Below, one piece after another: positions 25,930 to 37,488 of a stretch of 64,000 nucleotides of DNA. Both the position numbers and the translations under genes were made by a program. How positions within the stretch are numbered: the first letter of the stretch is position 1; each line of letters opens with the position of its first letter. The stretch is taken from NCBI GenBank assembly GCA_964234715.1, contig OZ174278.1. One strand, 5' to 3'. The stretch comes from Podarcis melisellensis (lineage: Eukaryota). The notes beneath the pieces are model-generated. The model ran no database searches and was not told the origin of the DNA. It saw only the letters and a program-made list of their open reading frames with translations.

Positions 25930-26480
25930 ATCAAAAGCAGTGAAAAGGCAATTGCTTCTGTTTCTTGTTTGGGTTGCTTGCAATACACATTCTTGGCTGT
26001 GGCCAATAGTACAGCCAGCCTTTATATTCACGGGAAGGCAAACACTATCTTTGTGTATATTACATGACAGTGCATGGCTCTGAACCGATTGGTAAAAGGC
26101 CCAGTTATGAGTATGTCTGGCAATTAAAAATAATTGGGAAGCAGATTTGCCACTAACTCTTCCAAGAATGCCAGTTATGATATAATGATGTTTCATTAGA
26201 CATGCTGAAAGCTGTGAGCTCCGTATGGCAGTGGCAATTAGGAAGGATCATAAAGAAAAGGGGAAAAAGGAGAAACATTAAAAATACCCCAGCAAAGATT
26301 AGCATAGCATTTAATGGCCACTTCATTAGCTAATTGATTTCTTATTAGTTACAGGGGAAAGCCCGGTTAGGGGCTCTGCACAGCTAATTAACAGCATTTA
26401 CACAATTAGTCAGTTGCTCATTTTGTAACCAAAACAGCCTTGGAATTGACTGTGGTAGTGATGCTCTGGGCCATTTGATT
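25930..26480. promoter_or_regulatory. Candidate conserved enhancer (homeodomain-motif cluster)
   Basis: Repeated CAATTA, TAATTG, TAATTA and CATTA plus TGACAG in unique-looking sequence. Confidence 0.5.
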
Positions 26481-27699
26481 CACTTGACTTTATTTTATTT
26501 TATTTCACTAATATTGGCTTAACCTTCAAATCAAAAATTCACTCCCTAGGGGCCTCACCATTTTTAATCTCATATGTATATATGTGTGTGTACACACACA
26601 CACACACATTTCTTAACTTAGAATGGAAAAATCTGGTTTTGTTTCTTTTTTTCTTTATTTGTTACAGTGATTCCAAAACAGAACGGCCTTGAAAAATTAA
26701 GCCGCCATCTTGAAAGAATCCACCACACTGTGCGCCACCCCCCACCACAAACATCTTGGCAGAGACATCATCCCAGATGATCCATGAATATCCTTGTTTG
26801 TTGTGTAAACTACAAATGACCTGGGAGGGAGATCCTGAAGAACAACTGTTGCCCAGAAATCCCTGAATGATGGCAGGGAGGGAAGAAGACAGGATGCAGA
26901 GGCAATATTAATTGGACTATTCTGTTCCGAAGTTGAAAGAAGAATCTTTGTCTCTTGTTCTGGGATCTTGTAGTCAAAATACACGCAACATGTTTGTGAC
27001 TGTGGAGTGTGCCCCTAAGTCAAACTTGTAAGAATCTCTGCTCTAGTGAGAAGTCTGCACAGTAAATATGGGAGACAGTGAAATGCATTTTTTATTTAGC
27101 ATTCCACCTTTAAATATTTGCACCTATGCTACTCCCTACAACACTGGTGCAATGTTATAGTCTGGTATTCATTGTCTTTGATGTAGCTGTTGGAATGACA
27201 CACCCAATACATTTATATGCTGGCACAAAAAGCATTAGGATTGTTCCTATGGCTGTGTTGACTTGCAAATGAGAAATAACATATGCTACCTTTGATCACA
27301 CAGGTGTTTTGTATAATATTTATTTATCTAGATATTTTATCCTGCTTTCCAAGGCTGAAACCTTCACAAAGTGCCTTACAAAAACTTCTTTTTTAAAAAG
27401 AGTAACATAATATGGGCTGCAGAAATTTTCAGACTTTTTTGCTAATTAGGAAGGAGCCAAACCACTGCAACAATATACCTCCCACTTCCAACTCACAGAA
27501 CTGGTCCAAGAGGCTACCATCGTCATATCTAAAAGCTGGTGAGAGATGAAAGAAGGTTGTCCTTTCCCTGGCCAAAACTAGAAGAGGAATAGCTAGTGGA
27601 TTTGAAATAAAGAGGAGTGTTAAGCTATACCTGTAAGACAAGGATGGGGAAACTGTGCCTCTCCTGTTGCTGCTGATTACACCTCCCTTCATTCTTGAC

Positions 27700-27951
27700 C
27701 ATGAGTAGGGAACCTAAGGCCCGGGGGCCGGATCCGGCCCAATCGCCTTCTAAATCCGGCCCGCAGTCAGTCCAGGAATCAGCATGTTTTTACATGAGTA
27801 GAATGTGTGCTTTTATTTAAAATGCATCTCTGGGTTATTTGTGGGCCATAGGAATTTGTTCGTATTTTTCTCTCCAAAATATAGTCCAGCCCCCCACAAG
27901 GTCTGGGGGACAGTGAACCGGCCCCCTGCTGAAAAAGTTTGCTGACCCCTG
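27700..27951. mobile_element. hAT (Charlie-like) MITE
   Basis: Ends in GCTGACCCCTG; 8-bp TSD TTCTTGAC; homologous to 45004-45305. Confidence 0.85.
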
Positions 27952-28010
27952 TTCTTGACCATTGGCCATGGTGGCTGGGACTGATGAGAGTTGGAGTCCA
28001 ATAACATCCC

Positions 28011-28540
28011 TGCCATGGACTGGCTGGATACAGAGGAGTAGAGGGAGGTACCAGCTTGGGAACCACTAAAGGAAGAAGGCTCAGAGCCCAGGGAGTGGTG
28101 GTGGGACAACGATGACTGGTCACAGGGACAAGAGGGAGAAGACTGGGAACAGAAGGTGTGGGAAGCTGAAGAAGTAACAGCGCTTAGTGAGCTGGAAGAG
28201 TCTGTGGCAGAGAGGAATGCAGAATCAGAGGCAGAAGCTGAAACAGGCAAGCGGGAGGAGAGAGGCCATGGAGCAGAGATGAGTTAGGCTGATGAAGAGT
28301 CCTGGGTGTCTTCCACTCTTGCTGTGGCAAGCTCCCTCACCCTGTCTCCCAGATCCAGAAGAGGGCTGAAATGGGCGGAGCAGCAACAGACTTCATGCAG
28401 GCACAGTCTCTGATTGGTTAGAAAAAGCCCTGGAGAAGAGGGCTGTGGGGAGGTGGTGACTTTCAGTCTGAGCAACTGATTCATGGGACAAGACCTACCC
28501 AGGATGAGCTGAAGATCATGTGTGTTTTACTGCTGACTAG
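28011..28540 (+). mobile_element. Partial LTR-like element
   Basis: The start TGCCATGGACTGGCTGGATACAGAGGAG resembles the start of the 9689 solo LTR; purine-rich body; 3' end not defined. Confidence 0.5.
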
Positions 28541-28679
28541 TTTAACAATGACCACCCATGTTGTAGGAGATACTTTCCTCCTCCGTACACTGCTGCGAGC
28601 ACTGAACATTAACCCTTTGTGAACTGGATTCAGAGTATGGCTAGACCCATTGCTAGTCAAGTGGAGATTGGCTCTGAGC

Positions 28680-29360
28680 TTAAAATTAAACCTTGCCTTT
28701 CGCTCCAGGTGGACTGAACTATTATTTATGTTGTCAGTGACAAAATTCCTTGACTCTGGACACATCTTCTGCCGACTTTGTTGTAGGTTGCATCTCAATA
28801 TTGCTAGTGAGAAATGATCGCCAATATTTTTTATTTCCAGCCAGGGGAAACCCGAAGCTCTTTTGTTACCAGGTTTTCTCCCAATGGCTTCAGCAAAGTC
28901 AACACATTGCCCTGGGATTCTCACCTAACATGAATTAGTTAAATAAACACAATTAAAAAGACTCAATGACTGATTAGCTCTGAGGTGATTCAGAAATGCC
29001 AATATATTAATTACTCTGCTTAGGGTTTGTTTTTTTCCCTCTTCATCCCTTTGCTCTTGTTCTTTAATGCTTCTTTGCAATAAGTGCAAAATGGGGCATA
29101 ATTTTAATTTAGCCTTAGTGTACTAGTTGTGGCTAATGGAAAAACACTCTCTGAGATGTGGAGTGGTAATTAATCCTCCCCCCTCCCGCCTTTCCAGATA
29201 ATTTGTTCCTTAATGTATTTTCAAAATGTGGCCTCTAATGGATGGCCATTTCAGTGTGGCAATTTTTTTATTATATATGTAGATAATATATTGTCTATTG
29301 TCCAGATTATTGTTCCCATTGTGCTGATAATGAGCATTTATATCTTGTTTGTTTACACCT
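28680..29360. promoter_or_regulatory. Candidate conserved enhancer
   Basis: Dense TAAT/ATTA cores, TAATTAATCC, SOX-like CATTGT and TGTCA motifs. Confidence 0.45.
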
Positions 29361-30884
29361 AAGGATAATTAAAACAAAAATTGATGATAAAGAAGGCTAG
29401 AGACCCTAGCATCAGGTTTGAAATTTTGAGGAGAAAAATGTCTCTGGAACAAAGCAATAACCATAATAGGCCAGGGTTAAAAGTGCTTAAAGCTGCAGCC
29501 CTTGCTAGAGAGTAAGCCCCAATGAGCACAGTGACACTTGCTTCCAAGTAAACATATATTTACACTCCACTCCACAATTATTAAATTTTGGATCTGCACT
29601 TCAGCCCAGAGTTGCTTGTTAGACTAATTGGGCCATTTGGGTCTGTAAAGTATCAGACCCAGACTATTTAATCTCTGATTTTTCAAGTGCAAAGTAGCTG
29701 GAAATAGGTTCTAGTGTCAAGTCATCAAGTGAGAAGTCATCAAGTGATAAAATATTGAGTGGGATACATTCACATATGAATCTTTCCTTTTGCTTCCTGC
29801 CATTTCAGAGTGGCAGCCATAGAAAATGGACTAAGAATGATTTCTAGCAGAGACCTGACGAATCAGGACCGGAGAGGTGCATAAATAATTCAGCCCTTTT
29901 CCTTTCTTCGTTTAAAAAAGCTTGTTTTCCTGTGCAGTAATTTCAACAATGAATAATGCTAGTGTGAATCAGAGGCCTTGTGTCTACTCCTATTTTAACA
30001 TATTTTAGTTTAAATCTATTAGAAAGTGAGCTTTTTGCACAGAAAGACGTTAATAACATAGTTTTGTCACCAGCCCAAATGTGAAATAAACTGTTTTTTT
30101 CAAGCTACGTCTTTTAGAAAACACCTGCTTTAATCCCCCACCCCCGTTTAGATTAAAAGGCTACACTTTTATAGGTTAGATGAAAGGGCTAAGCTAACAA
30201 CAGAGGACCTATTGAACTAAGCTCAAGCTTCTTGTGTATAAGCCCTATATATCTTGTGACCACGATACCTAAAATATCATGTCACCCCACTACATACTGA
30301 ACTGATCATTGTGTTCTGCAGGAGATGGCAAACTGCAGATACCATCACACCAAGAGGCCCATCCTGCACAAGGTTGGAGCTGGGCCTTTTACATACTCTT
30401 TAATAAGTGTCCTGATTTTCCTGGGACGGTCCTGGAATTACAGAAGCCATCCCAGTTTCTGATTTGACCCACGAACGTCCCAGTTTTCCTTTCCCCTCCC
30501 CTCCATGTCTCAAGCTCAACAACTTTGCCAAAAAAAGTTCACTTTTTATTTTCACTTTTTGGAATATGTCAACCCTAGTTGATACTGAAAATAAAATCCC
30601 TGCACCAAATGAAGGAAATGGCGAAGCTGGCATACCAAGCACATCGTGTAATTTGGGAGGAAATCTCACCAATCCACTTTAAGTTCTTTAATTGCAAGGC
30701 TTCAGCAGTCTGCCATTTTTTAGGAAGCGTGTGGAGTGTTTATTCCTTTTTTGTAAAGTGACCCTTATAGGGCAAGCTTTTACATGTCTACTCAGAAGTA
30801 AGTACAACTGTATTCAATTGAGCTTAGTCCCAGGTAACTGGGTAAAGACTGGGCAGCCTTACACTGCAATCCTAAGCATTTATA

Positions 30885-31120
30885 CAGTGGTACCTCAGGT
30901 TACAGACACTTCAGGTTACAGACGCTTCAGGTTACAGACTTTGCTAACCCAGAAATATTACCTCAGGTTAAGAACTTTGCTTCAGGATAAGAACAGAAAT
31001 CGTGTTCCGGCGGCGCAGCGGCAGGCCCCATTAGCTAAAGTGGTGCTTCAGGTTAAGAACAGCTTCAGGTTAAGAAGTGACCTCCAGAACGAATTAAGTT
31101 CTTAACCAGAGGTACCACTG
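30885..31120. mobile_element. Tc1/mariner (Tigger-like) MITE
   Basis: TIR CAGTGGTACCTC...GAGGTACCACTG, TA TSD, internal repeats of TTCAGGTTA. Confidence 0.9.
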
Positions 31121-32244
31121 TACTCAGAGCTACAGGTAAGTCCCACGGAGTTCAAAAGGATTTGCTCTCTGGTATGTTCCTGATCATTCTCACAGTTCCT
31201 GTTGAGGTTGTTGTTGCTGTTGTTATCCGCCTTTTTTCCTGTCAGGAACTCAAGGCAGCTTACAGATATATATTTTTTCTTTTCATTTATCTGTTGAAGG
31301 TGTACACGATCCCTTCTCTCACACCTTTATTTTTAACAAACCTGTGAGGTAGACTAGACTGAGAGGTTATAATTGGCTCAAGGTGACCGACGCATATGTG
31401 TATATGCCATATATGTGTGTGGGAGGTCAAACACAGGAGAAGCCTTGTGATGTAGAATAGACTATTCCTGTTTGCATCTGAGAAATGTTGGAGGGTATGC
31501 CCTTTAAGTGTGGGGGCACCTGCCCTTTTGAACTCCTTCCATATCAATTCATTACATATCAGACAGTCACCTTCTCTTTTTTTTTGCCACTGCTCTCAAA
31601 CAAACCCCCACAGGAAAGATGCATTCTGAGGATTAGAAAACGAGGGCAGCAGAGGGAGGGGCAAGTCCACTAAAGGGAAAAGGGAAATTGCGGCTCTTTA
31701 GGACCCTGGGTATATCTGGTGTTCAAAGCAAACACCCACTTGTCAAGCACAGCTCAGACTTCAGCCATTGGCTAAAAATACTGAAAGGTGGGAGTAGCCA
31801 GGCTAGAGCAAGGAAATCTTTAAGGTTGCCTGTACATTTTGCTTTATAACTTTCTACTTTTAGGAAAGTTAGAGATTTCTTTAAAACAAACAAACCAAAA
31901 GCTAAGAAGCATTGCTAGCCTTACAAAATTCTTTTTTTTTTTTTTACAGAACTATTGTTGATGTAGGATCTGTGCCCTCCATTGCATCTGATACCCTTAG
32001 ACTGGAAGTATAAGGGGCTCCAGAATTTTGTGAGCTTTTCATAGAAAAATTTGGTAGCATGAGGGGCTAGGTTTTTCCAGTGCAGGCCTGCCAACATTTT
32101 TCCTTACAGACCCTTCCGATGTGTTTCAACAGCAACCTGGCCCCAAGCCTGCAACTGTTGAAAGAGGTGTTAATGATATATTTAATTCTAAGTAAATTGT
32201 TCTGGGCTACTATATCCTATTTGCTGAATGCTTGTGAAATGACA

Positions 32245-32377
32245 NNNNNNNNNNNNNNNNNNNNNNNNNNNNNNNNNNNNNNNNNNNNNNNNNNNNNNNN
32301 NNNNNNNNNNNNNNNNNNNNNNNNNNNNNNNNNNNNNNNNNNNNNNNNNNNNNNNNNNNNNNNNNNNNNNNNNNNNN
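32245..32377. other. Assembly gap (133 N)
   Basis: Run of N. Confidence 1.
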
Positions 32378-34213
32378 GTGAAAAAAGTGAGCTATGTTTT
32401 AGAAATTGATGAGTTCTACTAATAAGAGCTTATCTGGGTCATAAAACCATCAAATGCAAGGTAGCCATCAGTGATCATTCATCCAGATCCATAAAAAATG
32501 TATGTTTCTTTGCCTGTGTATATCATTCATATGGAGATAATGAATACCTTGTGACATTAAGGCCAGAGGTCAGCTCCCAGACCTTATTACAAATCTAGGG
32601 AAAATTACCTTTCCACTGACCTGTGTTGTGACCTAATGGTCTAGGAGGAGTTCAAGGCCAACTGTTCATTCAGCATCACCAAATTGTGTATATATGATAC
32701 AACATTGATGCAATGAAATCTCACTTTAGTAAGAGGTAGATTTACAGCATGTCTGCTGGGATTTCCCCCCGCAGATCTTGGAACTCTAGAAACTGCAACA
32801 CAACTGTACATGATGTTGGTTGATGCATTTATAGATGGCACATGGTAGCGCGGTGTTTTCTGACCCCGGTAGTCAAGGACAACCACGAAAGAACATTTGT
32901 ACAAATGTTCACATCAGGAACTTCCTCCGAAAGGAACTTTCTGCCATTTTATGATTTTTGCAGGTAACATGGCAGTTTCATGTTAAATCAATTTAGACTT
33001 GTTTGGCTGTCGTCGTCGCCCCTCCCCCCGGCTTTCCTTGGCCATGCTCATACTTAATATATGGAGGAGAAAGTGAGACTGTGCCTGCTACCATGGGATG
33101 CTATAACACTTGGGTTAAAAATACGTGGGGTCCCCCCCCCTTATGACATGTACATGGGAATGAGCCCAGGAACTTACTTATAGCTGGATTTGCTGTCATG
33201 CACTGTTTGCAAAAACATTTTTCACCAAAAAAAGAGGTTATTATGATATCCTTCTTATTTAAAAGGCCTGGTGCCATAATGAGGGTCTAAATAGTCACAT
33301 ATGTTTTCCACAGTTAATGCGCTCCATTCTGCGCATTCTCAGACACACACCCTGCTTCTGGGTCATGCACACACATCTTTGTGAACTTTTCTCCTGACTC
33401 TTTTCCAGGGTGCTGCTCAATATCCTTTCCCATATGCGTCATTCTGTGTCCATGGGCTGCCGGACACGCTGGTCATTCCAGCCAGGCTTGATTTGCAAGT
33501 TTGCAGCCCCGTAATGATAGACAAACAGGCCGCAGATTACTTCCATTTTTTACGACTTGAGTTTAGGGAAATTGAGCATCCTAACTAGGTGCAGATGTCA
33601 AGTTAAAACGCCAGTACACAATCTGGGCTGGCTTTCATTTCCACCGAGCCTTGATTCATTTGCTTCCATAGCAGTCACAATTAGAAAAAAATATTTTGTA
33701 AATGTTGAAAGACATGTGATGTAGAGCTGATTGGATTAAATCTGAACTCATGTGAGTTTGGGCAAGTTCAATTAGGAGAGGCCCTTGCAAGCGTCTGGTG
33801 GAAACCCTCCAGTGGTTTCACAAACTGCATGTGGAATCCTAGCACAAAACACTACAAGTGTTGACAATGTGCCATCTCAGAATAGTGTGGAATATTTTTT
33901 TTTTATTTTTTTGCTATACATGATTCATAAAGTAAAATAGCAGACCCTGACTCTTTTGAAGGTTCCCAGACTGTGCACATTAACAGGTGAGAAATGTTGG
34001 GATGTGGCTCAAATAAGACAGATCTAACTAAATGCTTCCAAATGGAGCACATTCTACTTAAGCTGTACCTGCTTAATGTGAACAGTCACTTGCTCTGTCC
34101 AAACCCTAGAAACCATTTTTAGCCTCGTTAGTTTTAATTTTAAAAGCTCTAATTAAGACTTGCTTATACTGCCAAGTGTTCCTAGAATATTTTTCTGAAA
34201 AGCTAGCTACTTA

Positions 34214-34351
34214 CAGACCTTCCAAGGGTCCCTGTTTTCCAGGGACAGTCCTGGCTTTACAGAAGCCGTCCCAGTTTCTGGTTTGATCCTGAAATGTCCT
34301 GCTTTTCCTTAGGGTGTCCCTATTTTCATTGGAGAAATGTTGGAGGGGGTG
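34214..34351. mobile_element. MITE with CAGACCTTCCAA...TTGGAGGGGGTG termini
   Basis: Related copies lie near 19475-19610, 30405-30490, 31455-31500 and 43035-43075. Confidence 0.65.
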
Positions 34352-34430
34352 GTAAAGGTAAAGGGACCCCTGACCGCTAGGTCCAGTCATGGATGACTCT
34401 GGGGTTGCAGCACTCATCTCGCTTTACTGG
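34352..34430 (-). mobile_element. Sauria SINE 3' fragment
   Basis: Matches the tail end of the copy at 48112. Confidence 0.8.
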
Positions 34431-34620
34431 GAGACCAGGTTTGAATCCCCACTCAGCCATGAAACTCACCTTGGGCCAATCACTGCCTCTCAGCCTAGCC
34501 TACCTCACAGGGTTGTTGTGTAGATTAAATGAGGAGGGGAAGAACAATTCACCTTGAGCTCCTTGGAGAAAAAGGAAGGCTGCAAATGAACAAACAAACA
34601 AACAAACAAACAAACAAAAA
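34430..34620 (+). mobile_element. Squam3-type SINE, head missing, (AAAC)n tail
   Basis: Reverse-complement similarity to 12477-12710. Confidence 0.7.
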
Positions 34621-36590
34621 ATCTATTTTCAAAACGGTAGCATCCTACAAAACCTTTTAATATTCCCATCAATTAGCATTTGCTGGAGGCAGCAATTTCA
34701 CCAAGATGACATTTCATGTCACCAAAAACGTTTCTGCATTATGTTCACTGTCATGTTACAAAGACACACGTGTTGGAAACAAATTGGAGAGCTTAGTTAC
34801 AGTGCTACTGAAGGTTACATTGTATTTTTTTTATTATTTGCAAAGAGTGAAGAGTTTTACACCAGTTCATATGTAGCAACATGTACATAGGTCTGTATTT
34901 GATTAACATTTCGAGACTGCAATGTTTACTAAAAAAAAAAGTAAGTCCCGTTGATCTCAGGGAGATTCCTTTTGGAGTAAACATGTTTAGTATTAGGCTG
35001 TTAGTGATTTTGGTTTTCAGTGTTGGTGGAATAGTGGGAAAGTATATATATGACCTTTGTCTCTTGGAGGGGTATGGGACACCAAAAGTGGGTTTCAGTT
35101 ACAGTAATGAGTTACAGAGAAAAACAATTTCCTTGAGCCAAAGTGTAATTGGGATGTTTGCATATACATGTGCAACACTTGATTTCTCAACGGTTGACGG
35201 TTCACCGCTGGCTTTATGGTGTAGATCTGTCAAAAATCATTGCACATAAAGTGCCTGTGTGTCTGGGAGAGTTGCATCTGTGAGACTTGATCCATGGTGG
35301 CTCGTTCCCACATAAAAGTTAGTTACAGTGTGTAAGAGACATGTGTTCACTTGGTACTCCACACAACCATGTTTGCCAAGCGATGGACATGTATCCATGC
35401 ATCAACCCTTACTTGGAAGTAAGTTCCATGGATCCAAATGGAATTCACTCGCAAACAAATAGGATCAAGATGCAAAGGCAGTGCATTCTCCTCCTCTTAA
35501 ATTGCACCGTTTTTTTATATATATAGTCCCTTTTGTTGTCGCTGTCTGGAAAAAGTCTGGCTATATTAACTTTGACTAAGACGTAAGTTGTGGAAGCTGT
35601 AAAAATAGTCACTATCTTTCCATATGCATTCGCATAAAGCGCCATTGTTCTTTTTTCACATTGCCATTTCGTTTTGTGAATTAAGTGGGCAATAAATGCT
35701 TCACTTGCCTTAATTTTTTTTAAAAAATACGTAAACAAAACAGACGACAGCCCCATGAAAACAATTATTCAGACCAAACAAAAGGCTATAGTCGGAGCTG
35801 CAGAAATATGGCAAGCAATAAAACCTTCAGGAACTTCTTTCCTCTTTGGATAGGTTGATTCAAGTATCCGTGAATTTGCTTCAGATTAAAAGAGTATAAA
35901 CTCCAGAGCTGGCCATATGTAGCTCTCTCATATGCAAAGTCCAGTTTTTCCTGTAGCTTTCCTCTACTTTGTCTGCTCTGTCTGATTGGTGGCATGGTCA
36001 ATGGACAATTGGCTTATGGAATTCTGCTCTTTTCTCAGTGAATTGTCTACAGATTTAATCCATTTTAAAAATTACTTTCAAAAGTCACAGCTTTCCCAAC
36101 ACACTGTTGTTCTATGCAGATACATTTTGGATTGTAATATTTTTATTTTGGGGGAAGGCTTTGCTGTCATGGCGATTTGTGTTCTCTATTGGAAGAATAA
36201 TTCCTTCTTGGGATTCACCCTTCCTGAATCAGTCACATGTTCATTTCAAGTCTTCAAATTAATCCTTTCTTCAAATCAGCGAGTTCACTCCTCTCTTCAC
36301 AATCACTATAGCCGAAGATAGAGAAATGCAAGTTTAAGGTGTCACAAAACTCTTTGTTCTTTTCTCTACGGCGAAACTTCCACAACACAGTTATGGAATT
36401 TGGTACTGTTGTTTTGACTTTTATTAAGCCCCAGGTGGGTGCTTGGGAATGTTCAGAACACTAAAGTTACATTATCAACATAAGATGTGCCCAGTGAAGT
36501 GCTCTAGGTCCAGAAGCCTCCTAAGGACTAGTGATATATGAAGGATCCATTGAAAGGAGACTTGGAAAGCAGTCTCTAAGCTACCTGAAG

Positions 36591-37488
36591 TGTAGGTGGG
36601 TTCCCATGAGGTAAGACACAGTGATAACAACAAAAAGCTTTATTGATGTGGGATGTGAAACACAAGAGCAGTCAAGTATAACATCCCTAGAGTGGATATA
36701 AAAGGGGATGTCTGGACCAACCAGTCAGAACTTCCTGTTTTCTCCTAGGCTGGGACAGACTTCCTCTGCATGTGACTAGAGGTGGGCGTGACCTCACCTG
36801 CCCAGGTAACAAAAGAGTAGGACTGGTCAGCCATCTCTCTCTGACTACATTCATTGAAGAAGCAACATCTGCTTAGCCTAAAGATGCTCTCTTGGCAAGA
36901 GAGGACAAAGGGACTGTCTCCTTATGGGATAGTTTCCAGGTGTACATTACTTTTCTAAGCTAAGTCTGCCTTCTGGGATCCAATTGTGAACAGAATGTGA
37001 GTGAGTAAACTCTTTTTATACTTTTATAGAAAACTGTGTTGTGTCTTATCTTTTACGAGGGAATAAGGGGGAAATACCAGGACAGTTATTATAGAGGCTT
37101 TAGCGAGCCTGAGCAAACGCATCCACTGTTTAAAAAGGGGAACGTTACTCTGCTAAATTGTGGAACTTGTTAACACAAGTTGAAAAGGATATAATCAAAC
37201 AATACATCCTCTCCTGCATCCCTGAACATTCCCACAATTGACCTAACAGAACTGGACAATAGGGGCAAAGCAACTGCTTATATACATTTCAGAAGGCCTG
37301 GGCCACTCCCACTCCCAATGTGATTGGCTGTTTAAACTTCCAAGCTGTGAATCATAACTCAGAGTTTAAGGACCAATGGCAGATGCTTAAATCCTGAAAT
37401 GTTCTGAGATTGGATATTTTGTATCAAATCAGAAGACAGGAGTTCAGAATCCTTAGTCCAGACTCAAGCTCACTTTGAGTTCCTTACC
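36591..37488 (-). mobile_element. Host solo LTR interrupted by a second LTR
   Basis: TGTAGG...CCTTACC termini (terminal A mutated), TSD TGAAG (36586-36590, 37489-37493). On the minus strand CCAAT (~37323), TATATAA (~37278) and AATAAA (~36639) occur in LTR order. Confidence 0.7.
36647..37236 (+). mobile_element. Solo LTR nested in the host LTR
   Basis: TGTGGGATGT...ACATTCCCACA termini, 5-bp TSD ATTGA (36642-36646, 37237-37241), TATAAAA near 36697 and AGTAAA near 37004. Confidence 0.87.

Noticed and set aside
30885-31120. CRISPR-like spaced repeats (TTCAGGTTA)
   Set aside because: They are internal repeats of a MITE with TIRs and a TA TSD in a eukaryotic genome.
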